The notes: generated by a model not told the origin, from the sequence alone. A stretch of DNA of 64,000 nucleotides from Candidatus Omnitrophota bacterium (GCA_018824145.1 JAHJHC010000088.1:2696-66695); one strand, 5' to 3'; positions 1 through 12,100 are shown, counted from the stretch's first letter. Translations and numbers: made by a program.

Positions 1-1101
1 TTCGTTCTTTTCGGCGAATATGAATCTACCCTTTTTGAATTAGTAAAAAATATTATCGAAGGAAAAAAAGAATTTTCTTCTATAGATGGCCTCATTTGGA
101 AGGATGATAAGAATAATGTAATTAAAAATAAACCACGGGATCTCTTTGATTTAAATATGTTGCCGTGGCCTTATAGGGATAGCGTACCGATGAAGAAATA
201 TTGGGATTTACCTGGGGATATCCCTCATCCTTCTGTTCAAATGGTTGCGTCAAGAGGCTGCCCTTTTTCATGTAATTTTTGCCTCTGGCCCCAGATCCTA
301 TTTAACGGAAAGACGTATAGGACGAGGGACGTAAAAGATGTAGTAGATGAGATGGAATATTTAATAAAAGAAAAAGGATTTAAATCCATATATTTTGATG
401 ATGATACTTTCAATATAGGTAAGACTAGAATGATGAATTTATGTAATGAGATTGTAAAAAGAGGCTTAAATGACACTCCTTGGGCTGTGATGGCTAGAGC
501 TGACCTGATGGATGAACAAATACTTAATGCAATGAAAACTGCGGGTTTACACGCAGTAAAATATGGAGTTGAGAGTGTATCTCAGGATATAGTCAATAGA
601 TGCGGTAAATGTTTAGATTTGAAGAAAGCCGAAGAGATGATCAAATATACTAAATCCTTAGGGATATATGTTCATTTAACTTTTTCTTTTGGCTTGCCTG
701 GCGAGACAAAAGAAACAATTAAAAGAGCTATAGATTATGCCTTGCAGCTAAATCCGCAATCTGTGCAATTCTCTATTATTACCCCTTTTCCAGGAACAAG
801 GCTTTTTGAAGAATTAGATGGGAAACAACGGATTTTAACCAAAGATTGGTCTTTGTATGATGGCCATTATAACTGTATTTTTCAACCAGATAACCTTTCT
901 ACGCGCGAATTAGAAGATGCAAAGCAATATGCTTACAGGATGTGGTCTGAACATCAGAGAAGGAATAGAGGGTTTCGTGGAGACGTCAGGAGATTTTTTG
1001 ATTATTATCATAATTATGGCTTGGGCGTAGTCTCTAGAAAGACAGTAAGTTATTTAAGTTATTTTTTATTCAATAGAAAAAAATTCATAGGTAAAATATG
1101 A
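1..1101 (+). CDS. Cobalamin-binding (class B) radical SAM protein, C-terminal part; 5' end lies upstream of the window
   Basis: The frame is open from position 1. It contains the CxxxCxxC cluster motif (SRGCPFSCNFC), a glycine-rich SAM motif and the TIM-barrel layout shared with the paralogs at 6877, 12211 and 16287. Confidence 0.8.
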   Translation, partial: FVLFGEYESTLFELVKNIIEGKKEFSSIDGLIWKDDKNNVIKNKPRDLFDLNMLPWPYRDSVPMKKYWDLPGDIPHPSVQMVASRGCPFSCNFCLWPQILFNGKTYRTRDVKDVVDEMEYLIKEKGFKSIYFDDDTFNIGKTRMMNLCNEIVKRGLNDTPWAVMARADLMDEQILNAMKTAGLHAVKYGVESVSQDIVNRCGKCLDLKKAEEMIKYTKSLGIYVHLTFSFGLPGETKETIKRAIDYALQLNPQSVQFSIITPFPGTRLFEELDGKQRILTKDWSLYDGHYNCIFQPDNLSTRELEDAKQYAYRMWSEHQRRNRGFRGDVRRFFDYYHNYGLGVVSRKTVSYLSYFLFNRKKFIGKI

Positions 1102-4100
1102 ATATTTGGCAGGAGATATTTAGAGGAATAGAAAACGAGAAGCAGGCATTTTGTGGGCCGCACACTGTACAAATAGACTTGACTGATAGATGTAACAATA
1201 CCTGTATTGCTTGCTGGGTGCATTCTCCTTTGTTGGATAAGAAGGAAGTTTTCCCTGAGAGAGAAAAAGAGATCTCATTTCCATTCGTAGAACAGTTAAT
1301 ATGTCAGCTGCGTGTATTGGGGACTAAAGAGATAATTCTTTCTGGCTCAGGTGAACCATTTATGTATCCGCAAATTAAAGAAGCGATATCGCTCATAAAA
1401 AAATCCGGGATATATTTGAATATTATTACCAACGGGACACTTCTTAATAAAGATATGGTTCGTTTTATTGTTGATAAGGGTGTTGATTTGATTACTTTAA
1501 GTATGTGGGCTGGGACGCCGCAGGCTTATGTGAATACACACCCAGGGAGAAGTTTAAGGGATTTCGAAGAGATAAAAGAAAAACTAAAAAACCTGAATTG
1601 CTATAAACAGCAAAGTGGACTTTTATTGCCTCATGTGAAGGTCTACAATGTTTTATGTAACAGAAATCATGATGATGTCGAAGCTATGGTTGATTTTGCG
1701 AAGGATATTGATGCGGGTTTTGTGGAATTTCAAATCGTAGACGTAATAAAAGGAAAAACAGATAATTTGCTTCTCAATAACGAGTTACAGAAAAAGATCA
1801 TTGCTCAGTTTGACAAGATCTCTAAAAGGCATGATTTTGTAAAATGGCACGACTTAAATGTAAAACTTAAGGGTAAAGATACTATGCAGGATTTGCGGGA
1901 TTTCGGGAAACTGTGGAAAAATTATAGATCGGATTTCGTTCTTTTGAAAAAGGCGCAAAATATTATATGTTCAAAGGAAAAATTTTGTGAAAAAATAGAA
2001 CAAAAGAATATCTTATTGCCTCCTGGTCATTTTCAACATCTTGGGTTTCGTTTCTCGTTCAATGAAGAAGTCTGTAAGATTTGCGCACATTTTAGCCGAT
2101 GCTTTCCATCTCAGGAATGTATTGTTGATGCGAATCTTCTGAATGTTTTAGGAATAGGTACGCTTATGAGGAGATTTTCTTCTCCTAAGTCAGAGTTGGG
2201 ATTATATGAAAGACATGTGGATTATTTTCCCTGTTATATCGGTTGGTATTATGCGCGGATCCTTACGAACGGAGATGTAATACCATGTTGTAAGGCGCAT
2301 TTGCATCCCTTAGGTAATATTTACAGAAAGTCATTTTCTGATATATGGGGTTCCAACGCATATAGAAAATTCAGGGTTAAGGCAAAAAGAGCCCCGAAAA
2401 CCGACCCTTATTTTTCCCTGATCAATTGTATTAAAAGTTGTGATAACTGGGGAATGAATGTGGAGATATCTAATAGGACTAAAACTTTTTTACATGACAG
2501 AACTATAACGTCGAAGATGAAATCTGAAAGACAGATTATCGTTTTAGCCAAAGATTATATAGATAGTAATTTTAATCCCAGCTATCACGATTTTGGCAAA
2601 GGACTTGTTATCGACGGCGGACATAAAGTCGGATTTGCTAAGTATAGATTTAGTATAGATGAAGATGGAGAATATGAATTTTGGTCGAGATATGCAAGTA
2701 ATGCTATAAGACCAGTTGATATTTACATGGATGGGATTTTATTGAAAAAGGGAGGACTAAACAAGATTACGGATGGATGGACTTCCAAGTTCCTTAAGTG
2801 GTATGAGGAATTTACAATAGAGTTGAAGAAAGGTGAGCATCTGTTCGGAATACGTTCTTCAAACAGCATTCCCCATATTGAAAAATTTATTCTTTTCAAA
2901 AAAGATAATCCCCCTGCCTTTATAAAAAAAGACAAGCATAAGTTTTTTTATAAAAAATTATCTCAATATATAACAGGAAAAAAAAGGTTGGAATCTTCTC
3001 TTGTAAAGGCAGTGAAAAATAGGTATATCGAAAGTTTAGGTATATATGATGGCGAATATGGATATAAGGGACCGTTTCATGTACAAATAGATTTGACCAA
3101 TAACTGTAATAATACCTGTATTGCATGTTGGTGCAATTCTCCTCTTTTAAAGGAAAAGAGGTTGTCTCCAAGAGAAAAGGAGCAATATCTCCCTATGGGA
3201 CTGGTTAAAGAACTTCTCGATGAAACTTCGGCTAAAGGAGCAACAGAGGTTTATTATTCGGGTAGCGGAGAGCCGTTCATGCACCCTGATATTATGCAAA
3301 TTTTAGAATATAGTAAGAAGAAAAATTTGATTTGTCACGTAAATACTAATTTTAGTCTCCTTACAAAAGAGAAATTAAGATGCCTTATTGATATTGGATT
3401 GGATTTTCTTACTGTAAGTACATGGGCAGCCACACCTGAAACGTATGTTAAGACGCATCCAAATCGAACAAAGGAAGATTTTTATAAAATAAGAGAGAAC
3501 CTATTATATTTAAATACACATAAGAAAGATAAGCCTTGTATCAAGCTTTACAATGTCATTTTTAATATGAATTATTTTGAAGTCGAAAAGATGGTGGAGT
3601 TCGCTAAAGAGACTATGTCTGAATCGTTAGAATTTACATTGGTTGATACCATGCCTAATGCAACAGACATCCTCGTTTTAAACAAAGAGCAATTGATGGA
3701 ATTAAAAAAAGCATTAGATAGGATTAAGTGCGTTCTAGATGAAGATAATAGGGTAAGGGATGCAAATATATTGATTTTTCAATTTGACCAGTTTTTGAGA
3801 AGAATTTATGTGGTTGATGACGTTAAGGAAGCAAAATATGATAGAAATATCATAGATAGGATGCCTTGTTATATTGGCTGGCTTTTTGCAAGAATAATTC
3901 CTAACGGAGAGGTTCATTCCTGTCTTAAGGCACACAGGATTCCCACGGGGTCTTTGTACAAAGATAGATTTTTAGAAATATGGAATTCCCAGAAACAGTA
4001 TCACTTTCGTAAAAAAACATTGGTTTGTAAAAAAGATGACCCGTTTTTCAGGTCTATTGGCAATGATTCTAATATAGAAGAGGCTGGCTGTTATAAGAGT

Positions 4101-5336
4101 TGTGATGATATCGGAAGGAATACCTGGATGTACGACAGGATGAAGGCATTCACTATGCCAGAGAGATTATTACTCGAAGGTATGGCTAAAACCTTAAAAG
4201 TTATAAGAAACATTAAACCTGTAAAAAATGATTATAGAGAGTATCATGAAGATCCGATGTTTGCAGGCATTTTTCACGGGAGGAAGGCCTTTACAGGTCC
4301 GGAGCACGTTGTGATTGACCCTACGAATAAATGTAATTTAAAGTGCATTTCTTGTTGGCTTTACTCACCTTTACTTACTAGTGATAAACCGGATCCCGAT
4401 TTCCTGAAAAAAGAATTACCTAAGGATGTGCTTGTTAAGTTAATAGATGATTTGTCATCTTTGGGGACAAAACGCATTCGTTTTACTGGTGGCGGAGAAC
4501 CTTTTATGCACAAGGATTTAATGGAGATTATAGAGTATGCCCGCAGAAAAAAGCTTCTTGTTGCCTTGTCTACTAATTTTGGTATGGCCTCCAAAAAAGA
4601 TATAAAAAAGCTCATAGATTTAGGTTTAGAAGAATTGTGCATAAGTATATGGGGGTCTAATTCTCAGATTTACGACAAAATCCATCCCGGTGTTTCTTCT
4701 AGTTATTTTGAAAGATTGAAGGAAAATCTACTTTTTCTTAAGGAGACAAAGAAGAACGGGCCTCGTGTTACCTTTGCTAATGTAATTATGAATTTAAATT
4801 TCGAAGATTTTCAAGATATGTATAAATTCGGTTTACAATACGGAGCTGATGCGGTTTATTTTACTCTGGTAGATATATTTCAGAAACAAACAGACAAACT
4901 TTTATTGAATGAAGAAGAAAGAAAGAAGTTGTTAAATATGGCTATGGAGGTTAAAGAGAGAAATAAAGATGACAGTCTACATCTGGAGTTTTTTGATGGT
5001 TTTTTAAGAAGATTATCTAAGTCTTGTGAGGATTTCGAAAAGGGAGAGTATGATAAGTTCGATGTTGATAAGATTCCGTGTTATGTCGGCTGGTTTTTTG
5101 CTAGGGTTTTGGCCAATGGTAATATAGTTCCTTGTTGCCGCGGAGTGAAAAAGGTATTAGGTAATATAAATAAGAAATCCTTTAAAGATATATGGTTTTC
5201 AGAAAAATACAATGAATTTAGAGCAAGGGCAAAGTATTTATCAAAAAATGATATTTATTTTCAGAAAATAGGTTGCATAAAAGAATGTGATAATCTGATG
5301 CATAATGAAGAGATGCATAGTAAGATAGCATCTTAA
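1098..5336 (+). CDS. Giant 1412-aa protein with three tandem radical SAM domains, each followed by a SPASM/twitch-like Cys-rich region
   Basis: Three repeats of about 410 aa each. Each starts with a CxxxCxxCW motif (DRCNNTCIACW, NNCNNTCIACW, NKCNLKCISCW) plus a GSGEPF/GGGEPF motif. Each ends with CYIGW...NG-V-PCC...LGNI...IW, a SPASM-like signature. Repeats 1 and 2 are also similar at the nucleotide level (for example 1161-1245 versus 3078-3160). Confidence 0.8.
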   Translation: MNIWQEIFRGIENEKQAFCGPHTVQIDLTDRCNNTCIACWVHSPLLDKKEVFPEREKEISFPFVEQLICQLRVLGTKEIILSGSGEPFMYPQIKEAISLIKKSGIYLNIITNGTLLNKDMVRFIVDKGVDLITLSMWAGTPQAYVNTHPGRSLRDFEEIKEKLKNLNCYKQQSGLLLPHVKVYNVLCNRNHDDVEAMVDFAKDIDAGFVEFQIVDVIKGKTDNLLLNNELQKKIIAQFDKISKRHDFVKWHDLNVKLKGKDTMQDLRDFGKLWKNYRSDFVLLKKAQNIICSKEKFCEKIEQKNILLPPGHFQHLGFRFSFNEEVCKICAHFSRCFPSQECIVDANLLNVLGIGTLMRRFSSPKSELGLYERHVDYFPCYIGWYYARILTNGDVIPCCKAHLHPLGNIYRKSFSDIWGSNAYRKFRVKAKRAPKTDPYFSLINCIKSCDNWGMNVEISNRTKTFLHDRTITSKMKSERQIIVLAKDYIDSNFNPSYHDFGKGLVIDGGHKVGFAKYRFSIDEDGEYEFWSRYASNAIRPVDIYMDGILLKKGGLNKITDGWTSKFLKWYEEFTIELKKGEHLFGIRSSNSIPHIEKFILFKKDNPPAFIKKDKHKFFYKKLSQYITGKKRLESSLVKAVKNRYIESLGIYDGEYGYKGPFHVQIDLTNNCNNTCIACWCNSPLLKEKRLSPREKEQYLPMGLVKELLDETSAKGATEVYYSGSGEPFMHPDIMQILEYSKKKNLICHVNTNFSLLTKEKLRCLIDIGLDFLTVSTWAATPETYVKTHPNRTKEDFYKIRENLLYLNTHKKDKPCIKLYNVIFNMNYFEVEKMVEFAKETMSESLEFTLVDTMPNATDILVLNKEQLMELKKALDRIKCVLDEDNRVRDANILIFQFDQFLRRIYVVDDVKEAKYDRNIIDRMPCYIGWLFARIIPNGEVHSCLKAHRIPTGSLYKDRFLEIWNSQKQYHFRKKTLVCKKDDPFFRSIGNDSNIEEAGCYKSCDDIGRNTWMYDRMKAFTMPERLLLEGMAKTLKVIRNIKPVKNDYREYHEDPMFAGIFHGRKAFTGPEHVVIDPTNKCNLKCISCWLYSPLLTSDKPDPDFLKKELPKDVLVKLIDDLSSLGTKRIRFTGGGEPFMHKDLMEIIEYARRKKLLVALSTNFGMASKKDIKKLIDLGLEELCISIWGSNSQIYDKIHPGVSSSYFERLKENLLFLKETKKNGPRVTFANVIMNLNFEDFQDMYKFGLQYGADAVYFTLVDIFQKQTDKLLLNEEERKKLLNMAMEVKERNKDDSLHLEFFDGFLRRLSKSCEDFEKGEYDKFDVDKIPCYVGWFFARVLANGNIVPCCRGVKKVLGNINKKSFKDIWFSEKYNEFRARAKYLSKNDIYFQKIGCIKECDNLMHNEEMHSKIAS

Positions 5337-5362
5337 AGTAAAGCTGTTAAATTTACTAAGAC

Positions 5363-6777
5363 ATGGAGAAATTCGACATCATTCTTACTGTTTGTCCACC
5401 ATGGGGAAGTCCTTCTGTACCTATAGGCCTTGCGTATTTAGCCAGTTATCTTAAAGACAAAAAATTAAATCCAAAAGTTTTAGATTTGAACTTAGAAGTG
5501 TTTGATAATTTGAGCAACGAGGGATTCGAAAAATACTGGCTTTCTAGATATTGTAAGCATTGGAGTGACCAGAAATTGTTTTGCGAGTTTATTAAGAATA
5601 TACCTGAACAAATAGAATATTGCGTAGGTAGATTGCTTTCTTTTGGCACGGAAATCATAGGTTTTTCAATTAATCAAAGTAATCGAAATTTTTCAGTTGT
5701 AATTGCCCAAGAGTTAAAAAAAGAAATGAAAAGTTAAAGATAATATTTGGCGGTATGGGTGTCTTCATAAGAGGAGAGCGAATGTTAATTGCGCCTGACA
5801 TTGTGGATGCATATGTTTTAGGTGAAGGTGAAGAATCCCTTTTTGAACTTATATCCAGAATCAAAGAAAATAAAAGTTGTTTGGATGTTCCAGGAGTTTT
5901 AGTAGAGTCTTTCGAAGCCAATTATACCCCTAGAAAGAAAATCAAAAATTTAGATGAGATACCGTTTCCTACATATGAAGACTTTGCTCTAGATAGATAT
6001 CCAGAATCAAATACAATATCTATAATTTCTAGCAGAGGATGTATGAATAAATGTGTTTTTTGTGGAAATTGGCCATTTTGGGGGCAATTCAGGCATAGGA
6101 GTGGAAAGAATATTTTTGATGAGATAAAACATCACTATGAAAGACATGAAATTACTACATTTAAATTTAACGATTTAGCCTGCAATTGGAATTTAGAAGA
6201 ACTTAAACGGCTCTGTAATCTTGTTATAAATAATAAAATGCGTATTACTTGGCAGAGCTATGCAGTATTGGATAATCTATTGACGGATGATATTTTAAAA
6301 GATATGAAATTAACTGGTTGTTGTGCCCTTTCGTTCGGTGTGGAATCAGGATCCAATAGGATCCTTAAATCTATGGATAAAAACCATAGTGCTGAAGTCG
6401 CAGAAAAGGTACTTCGCAGAACTTATAATGCTGGGATTCAGACAAATATTAATATTATGGTAGGCTTTCCAGGTGAAGGTGAACAAGAATTACAGGAAAC
6501 TATAGATTTTTTGATTAGAAATGTTAAGTACATAAGTGTAATCGAAGCTATATCAGTCTGTTATATTAAACCTTTGTCAATATTAGCAAATAATCCACTT
6601 GCCTATAACATAGTTCTTCCTCCCGGACCAGATCGATGGTACAATTGGTCTGCATCTGATGGAACCAGCGACTATGGCAATAGAAAAAACTTTGCAGATA
6701 GAATTTTAAGATTAGTGAAAGACTTGAATTTAAACTTCGATGTAGATAACCTATATGGATATTTTTATATTTTTTAG
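5363..6777 (+). pseudogene. Cobalamin-binding radical SAM gene split by an apparent frameshift in an A7 homopolymer (about 5714-5720); pseudogene or sequencing error
   Basis: ORF 5363-5737 encodes the B12-binding N-terminal region (ILTVCPPWGSPSVPIGLAYLASYL). ORF 5755-6777, in another frame, continues with the paralog-conserved KIIFGG...VLGEGEE region and the rSAM cluster motif (SSRGCMNKCVFC). The frame switch coincides with the run ttaaaaaaag. Confidence 0.6.
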
Positions 6778-6876
6778 ATAATTCATTATAATTGTAACTA
6801 TTAGTGGCCCTGTAACTTTATGGAAAATAATTAGATGGAAAAACATTGATGTAGTTTATATTGTAATGAGGGGAAA

Positions 6877-8349
6877 ATGAGTATGAATAAAGATATAGTT
6901 TTAGTATCTCCTCCGCCAGGCTGGCAAAGGACGTTGCCTATTGGATTAGGATTTTTAGCATCATATTTAAGTAAGAGCGGATTTTCCGCTGTTATTTATG
7001 ATATGGCTTTAGATATGATCGGAAAAGTAAAAGATGAGGATCGCGATTGTCTGTGGGGATTAAAAGCAAAAAATCTTTGGTTAGATCCAGAGGTGTTTAA
7101 ATTATTCGTCACTAAATATGAAAAAGAGATTCAGTCTTGTGTAGACCATATACTTTCTTTTAGTTCATCTATTATAGGTTTTTCGGTTATTCATTCAAAG
7201 CAACTTGTTACTTTAGAGATTATTCGCAGGATTAAAAAGATAGACCCATCTATTACTATAATTGTCGGGGGACCGGCTTGTTTTTATGATGAGGACCGCT
7301 ATATTCTCGAAGCACCTAAGATCATAGACATATTTGTATTAGGTGAAGGAGAGAAGACTTTGTACGAATGCCTTGTTAATATCAAACAAAATAAGCCGCT
7401 TGACGAAATAAAAGGTGTTAGGACTTTGGAGTCTAATTACAAGGGATATATATCCAGAGACCCTATTGAAGATTTAGATACTATTCCTTTTCCTGAATAC
7501 CCTGGTTTGAAGATTGAAGACTATCAACCGGATCCAGTGCCGCTATTCTGTAGCCGCGGATGTTTTGGCAAATGTTCTTTTTGTGAAATTAAAAATATAT
7601 GGAAGAGTTATAGAACAAGGAGTGCCGAGAGTATTTTTGAGGAGATTAAATTCTATGTAGAAAAGAAAGAGATATTTCATTTTTCACTATTCGATTCCAT
7701 AGTGAACGGTGATCCGAAAAATTTAGAAAGGTTATGTGATTTTGTTATTAAATCTATGTATAAGATCCGTTGGGAAGGCAACGTGCTTGCTTTACCTTCG
7801 ATGAATAGGGATATTTATTCAAAAATGCAAAAGGCTGGCTGTGAACTTGTATATTTTGGTGTCGAAACAGGATCTGAATACGTTTGCAAAAAGATGAAGA
7901 AGCCGTTTACGATTTTTGAAGCGGAAAGGAATATTCGCTTAGCGCATGAGGCAGGCATAGAGGTTTCCGTAAATTTCATTACTGGTTTTCCAGGAGAGGA
8001 TGAAGAACATTTTCAGCAAACGATAGATTTCACTAAAAGAAATAGCCAATATATAGATAGAGTCGATTTTATTACCGAATGTCAAGTAGCTAGGGGAACG
8101 CACCTGTTTTTACACCCTGCTGATTACGGAATAGTTATACCAGAAGATTGGCAAGGCTATAAATGGTATACTAATGACGAGAAAAATACCATCTCTGTAA
8201 GACAAGCAAGAACTTTGATTCTTGGGAAGTATTTAGATTCACTGGGGGTTAAAATTAACGTAAATTTTAATCTTGATGATGGAAGCCAAAAAGTCAAGGG
8301 TAAGATAGTCGTTAATTTAAAGAAGGATATTAATAAGGGGACCTTATGA
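6877..8349 (+). CDS. Cobalamin-binding (class B) radical SAM protein
   Basis: N-terminal B12-binding-like region (VLVSPPPGWQRTLPIGLGFLASYL), then IIVGGP and VLGEGE motifs, then the rSAM CxxxCxxC motif (CSRGCFGKCSFC). Confidence 0.8.
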   Translation: MSMNKDIVLVSPPPGWQRTLPIGLGFLASYLSKSGFSAVIYDMALDMIGKVKDEDRDCLWGLKAKNLWLDPEVFKLFVTKYEKEIQSCVDHILSFSSSIIGFSVIHSKQLVTLEIIRRIKKIDPSITIIVGGPACFYDEDRYILEAPKIIDIFVLGEGEKTLYECLVNIKQNKPLDEIKGVRTLESNYKGYISRDPIEDLDTIPFPEYPGLKIEDYQPDPVPLFCSRGCFGKCSFCEIKNIWKSYRTRSAESIFEEIKFYVEKKEIFHFSLFDSIVNGDPKNLERLCDFVIKSMYKIRWEGNVLALPSMNRDIYSKMQKAGCELVYFGVETGSEYVCKKMKKPFTIFEAERNIRLAHEAGIEVSVNFITGFPGEDEEHFQQTIDFTKRNSQYIDRVDFITECQVARGTHLFLHPADYGIVIPEDWQGYKWYTNDEKNTISVRQARTLILGKYLDSLGVKINVNFNLDDGSQKVKGKIVVNLKKDINKGTL

Positions 8350-9143
8350 AAGTTTCTGCCTTAGACTTTCAAATTTTTCTTGTAAGACTAGGGCATGAAT
8401 ATTTTTTTCAGGGATTTTATTATTTCAAATTTCTGGAATACCCTTTAGTTTATAATAATCTTAACCTTGATCCCAGAGATAAATATCTTGATATTGGAAG
8501 CGGCCAATCAATTTTCCCTCTTTTTGCCTTAGTAAAAAATGATTGTTATGTACAAGTCTATGACGATTATTCTCTAATAAAAGATAGCATGGAATATTAT
8601 AAGAATATCATAGAAAAAATGAGCTTAAGCCCTTCTAGTAAAGAGAAATTTACTATCAATGAAACAACAGAGACAGACTTGCCAAGCGATTATTTTGATA
8701 AGATTTCTTGTATTTCTGTATTAGAGCATAGTAGAGGGAATGGCGATACCGAAACAATAAAAACAATTTCAAGGATTTTGAAGAAAAGGGGTAAAGTCGT
8801 AATGACTTTACCTTTTAATAATGGTGAATATATTGAAGAAGAAAATCCAGAAGATATTGGATTTTTTCAGCGCTTGTATAGTTTGGATGCAATAAAACAT
8901 AGAATAGGCGATCCTTCCGGCTTAGAGGTAGAAAAGGTTATATATTTTGGCGAATGTAATGCGCACATAGGCAGATTATATCGACAAAATAAATTTCATA
9001 GATTAAAGTGGATTATGCCATTTTTTCCCTCATTTTTTTGGCGAATATGCCATAGCTATGAAGGGGGGTTTCGTTGTTTTCATGAAAAAGAATTAGATAA
9101 AAAGTATATAGGTGTAAGTTGTATCGTAATGAGAAAGAAATGA
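8346..9143 (+). CDS. Putative class I SAM-dependent methyltransferase
   Basis: Glycine-rich motif I (YLDIGSGQSIFPL) followed by acidic motif II-like residues. Start overlaps the upstream stop by 4 nt, suggesting translational coupling. Confidence 0.45.
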   Translation: MKVSALDFQIFLVRLGHEYFFQGFYYFKFLEYPLVYNNLNLDPRDKYLDIGSGQSIFPLFALVKNDCYVQVYDDYSLIKDSMEYYKNIIEKMSLSPSSKEKFTINETTETDLPSDYFDKISCISVLEHSRGNGDTETIKTISRILKKRGKVVMTLPFNNGEYIEEENPEDIGFFQRLYSLDAIKHRIGDPSGLEVEKVIYFGECNAHIGRLYRQNKFHRLKWIMPFFPSFFWRICHSYEGGFRCFHEKELDKKYIGVSCIVMRKK

Positions 9144-12100
9144 ATTTTCCCAAATATTTATCTATCCAAACTACTTCTTTGTGTAATGCATCTTGTGTAT
9201 TCTGCCCTTACAGGGAGATGCAAGATATATTTCCCCCAAAAATAATGGACATGAATTTGTACAATAAGATTATAGATGAATGTGCAAATTATAAAAATGT
9301 AGAAAGAATTATTCTTTATATGAATAACGAACCGTTAACCGACCCTTATTTATTAGAAAGAATAAATTATGCAAAAGAAAAGATTCCATGGGCAAATGTC
9401 CATATTCTTACAAATGGATTATTGCTCACGGAAGAAATGGCGGAGAGGCTTATAAATTCTAAATTAGATTGGATCGGTATAAGTTTTCATGGGATAAGAC
9501 AAGAGACGATAGAGAATGCAATGGGTATTCCGTTTGGGGTTACTTTAAAGAGGATAGATGGTTTTGTAGAGAGGGCAAGGAGTAAAAAGGATATAAAAGA
9601 ATATGTTATGATTACGTTTTTAAGACATGAATATTTGACAGGAGAAGAAAAGGAAGAAGTAATCGGTTATTGGAAGAGTAAAGGGATAGAAAGGATTAGT
9701 TACTTTGATGGACCTGTTTCTCGTGCAGGGAACGTTAAACGTTTGGCAAAGACTCATAATAAAGGGAGAATTGTAGGTTGTAACTCTATTTGGGCAGATG
9801 AAATGATTCATATTGTTGAGGATGGTAAGATGGTTCTGTGTTGTATGGATTGGAGAAGAGAGCATGTGCTTGGAGATTTGAATAATCAGAGCATTTATGA
9901 GATATGGAATGGAGAAAGAAATAAGACATGGCAACTTATTTATGGTAAAGGAGATATGCCCGACGGCTTTCTTTGTCGAAAATGTGAAGAGGCACAAATA
10001 TCAGAGGAGGATCTATTGCTTATTATGACCCCTCCCTGGCAGACTAAAATGCCCCCGTTAGGCGCAGCATACTTAAGCAGTTTTTTAAGGTCCGAAGGGT
10101 TTAAAATAAAAGTAATAGATTTAAATGTAAAATTACATAATAGTGCTTCCGAGGATAAGAGATCTTTGTGGGATATTTCTACGATAAATAACTTTCCTCC
10201 AGATAAGATTGCAGAGAAATTTGTCCATGAGTTTCAGGGTGAATTAGAAGATTTTATTATGGAGGCATGTAATTCATCTGCAAAGCTTATAGGATTTTCT
10301 ACTACAATAGCCAGCATTACAATTGCTGTCTATTTAGCGCATCAGATTAAATTGAGAGATCCTTCTAAAATTACTATAATAGGAGGTCCTGGCGCTTATT
10401 GGAATACTTTTGACATTGATCCAAAGAAGTTAATAGATATATTTGTAGTCGGAGAAGGGGAATTACCTTTATTGGAGATACTAAAGTGGTCTAAGAGAGA
10501 ATTATCTCTTTCAGGTTTAATTGGAATACCAGGAACCGTAATATGCATAGATCAACAATACCTAAGTTTCCTACCTCCTAATCCTATTAAAAGAATAGAT
10601 GATATACCTTTTCCCGATTTTCTCGAATTTAATCTCAAAGATTATAATAAAGAGGACGGATATAAACCCTTACCGTTGCTTATTAGCAGAGGATGTATTA
10701 ATAGATGCAGTTTTTGTATTGACCACAAGATGAATAATCCTTTTAGAATAAAAGATCCGCATAAAGTGGTTGAAGAGATGAAATTTCATGTGAAACATTA
10801 TGATACCAGAGAATTTGAATTTAATGATTTATTATGCAATGGAAATTTAAAACAGTTGGAAAAGATATGCGATTTGATTATCGAGGAGAATATTGATATA
10901 AAATGGTCAAGTTATGCGGCGATAAGAGAAGGAATGAGTTTAGAATTATGTAGGAAGATGTACAAATCAGGATGTATGGGGATTTGTTATGGAATGGAGT
11001 CTGCTTCAGACATTGTTTTGAAAAAGATGAATAAAAGATATGATTCTCAGCTGGCCGAGGAGGTTATTCGCAATACTCACAATGCAGGTATAAAGAGTTG
11101 CATAAATATAGTTATCGGGCATCCAGGTGAGACTGAGAGAGAATTTAGAAATACTTATGAGTTTATACGAAGAAATAAAGATTATATAGATCAGGTAACT
11201 AATGTTTCTACGTGTTTTGTTTTATCGGAGACTGACCTTATGAATAACCCCAGTAAATTCGGTGTTTATTTTAAATGGCCTTTAAAGACTCGATGGAGAG
11301 CTTTTATTAAAAAGGATGGATTGTGCCCAAATTATACAGAATATTATACTGGACCAGATAATGGCCCTTATTCACGGGCACGTCGACTTAGGAGATTTTT
11401 AGGGCTCCTTCATAAGGAGAATGTCCCTTATCTTATTATAAATTACATAAAACCACACAATGAAAATTTGGATGAGTTTATCGAGGCAGACAAGCGTAAG
11501 AGAAATTTGAAATATAAATATTTTGAGTTAAATGTTTCAGAACAAGGGCGATGTAAATTGTTCTGTAAAAATTTAGAATTGACTAGGGATGTAGGAATGA
11601 ATGCTTCTTTTTTTGTTAATAACAAATGGATTGATTCTTCCACAGCGCGATGGGATGTTAAGCGACATAATGCATTTGTTGACATTAAGATAAGGTGGCC
11701 GGAATTTCCTATTACTCAGCATTGGACGGTAAAATTTACTAGTAGGTCTATAGATTGGGGTATAGAAATATTTTTTCACGAAGGACTAAGAATTTTTCAA
11801 AGTAAAATAGGTGTAATGTTAGTGAATAAATATAATAAATATATATTAAATGATTCAATAGCTAATTTTCCTAGCTTTTCTACAAAAAAGTGGCAAGAGA
11901 TTTTGTTCTCAAGAATTTCCGAAATAGGCTTGGTTTCAAGTAGTCCTTTTCCGGGAATCGTTCTAAAACCGAAATTTGAAAAAGAAGTTTTTATTCAATT
12001 GCAGAATTCCCCTTCTTCTTTATTGACAAGGATGGTCAATGTTTGTTTTTTTGAAAATAGCAATCCCGAAGGATTTAATAATGACGGACATTATTTCAAA

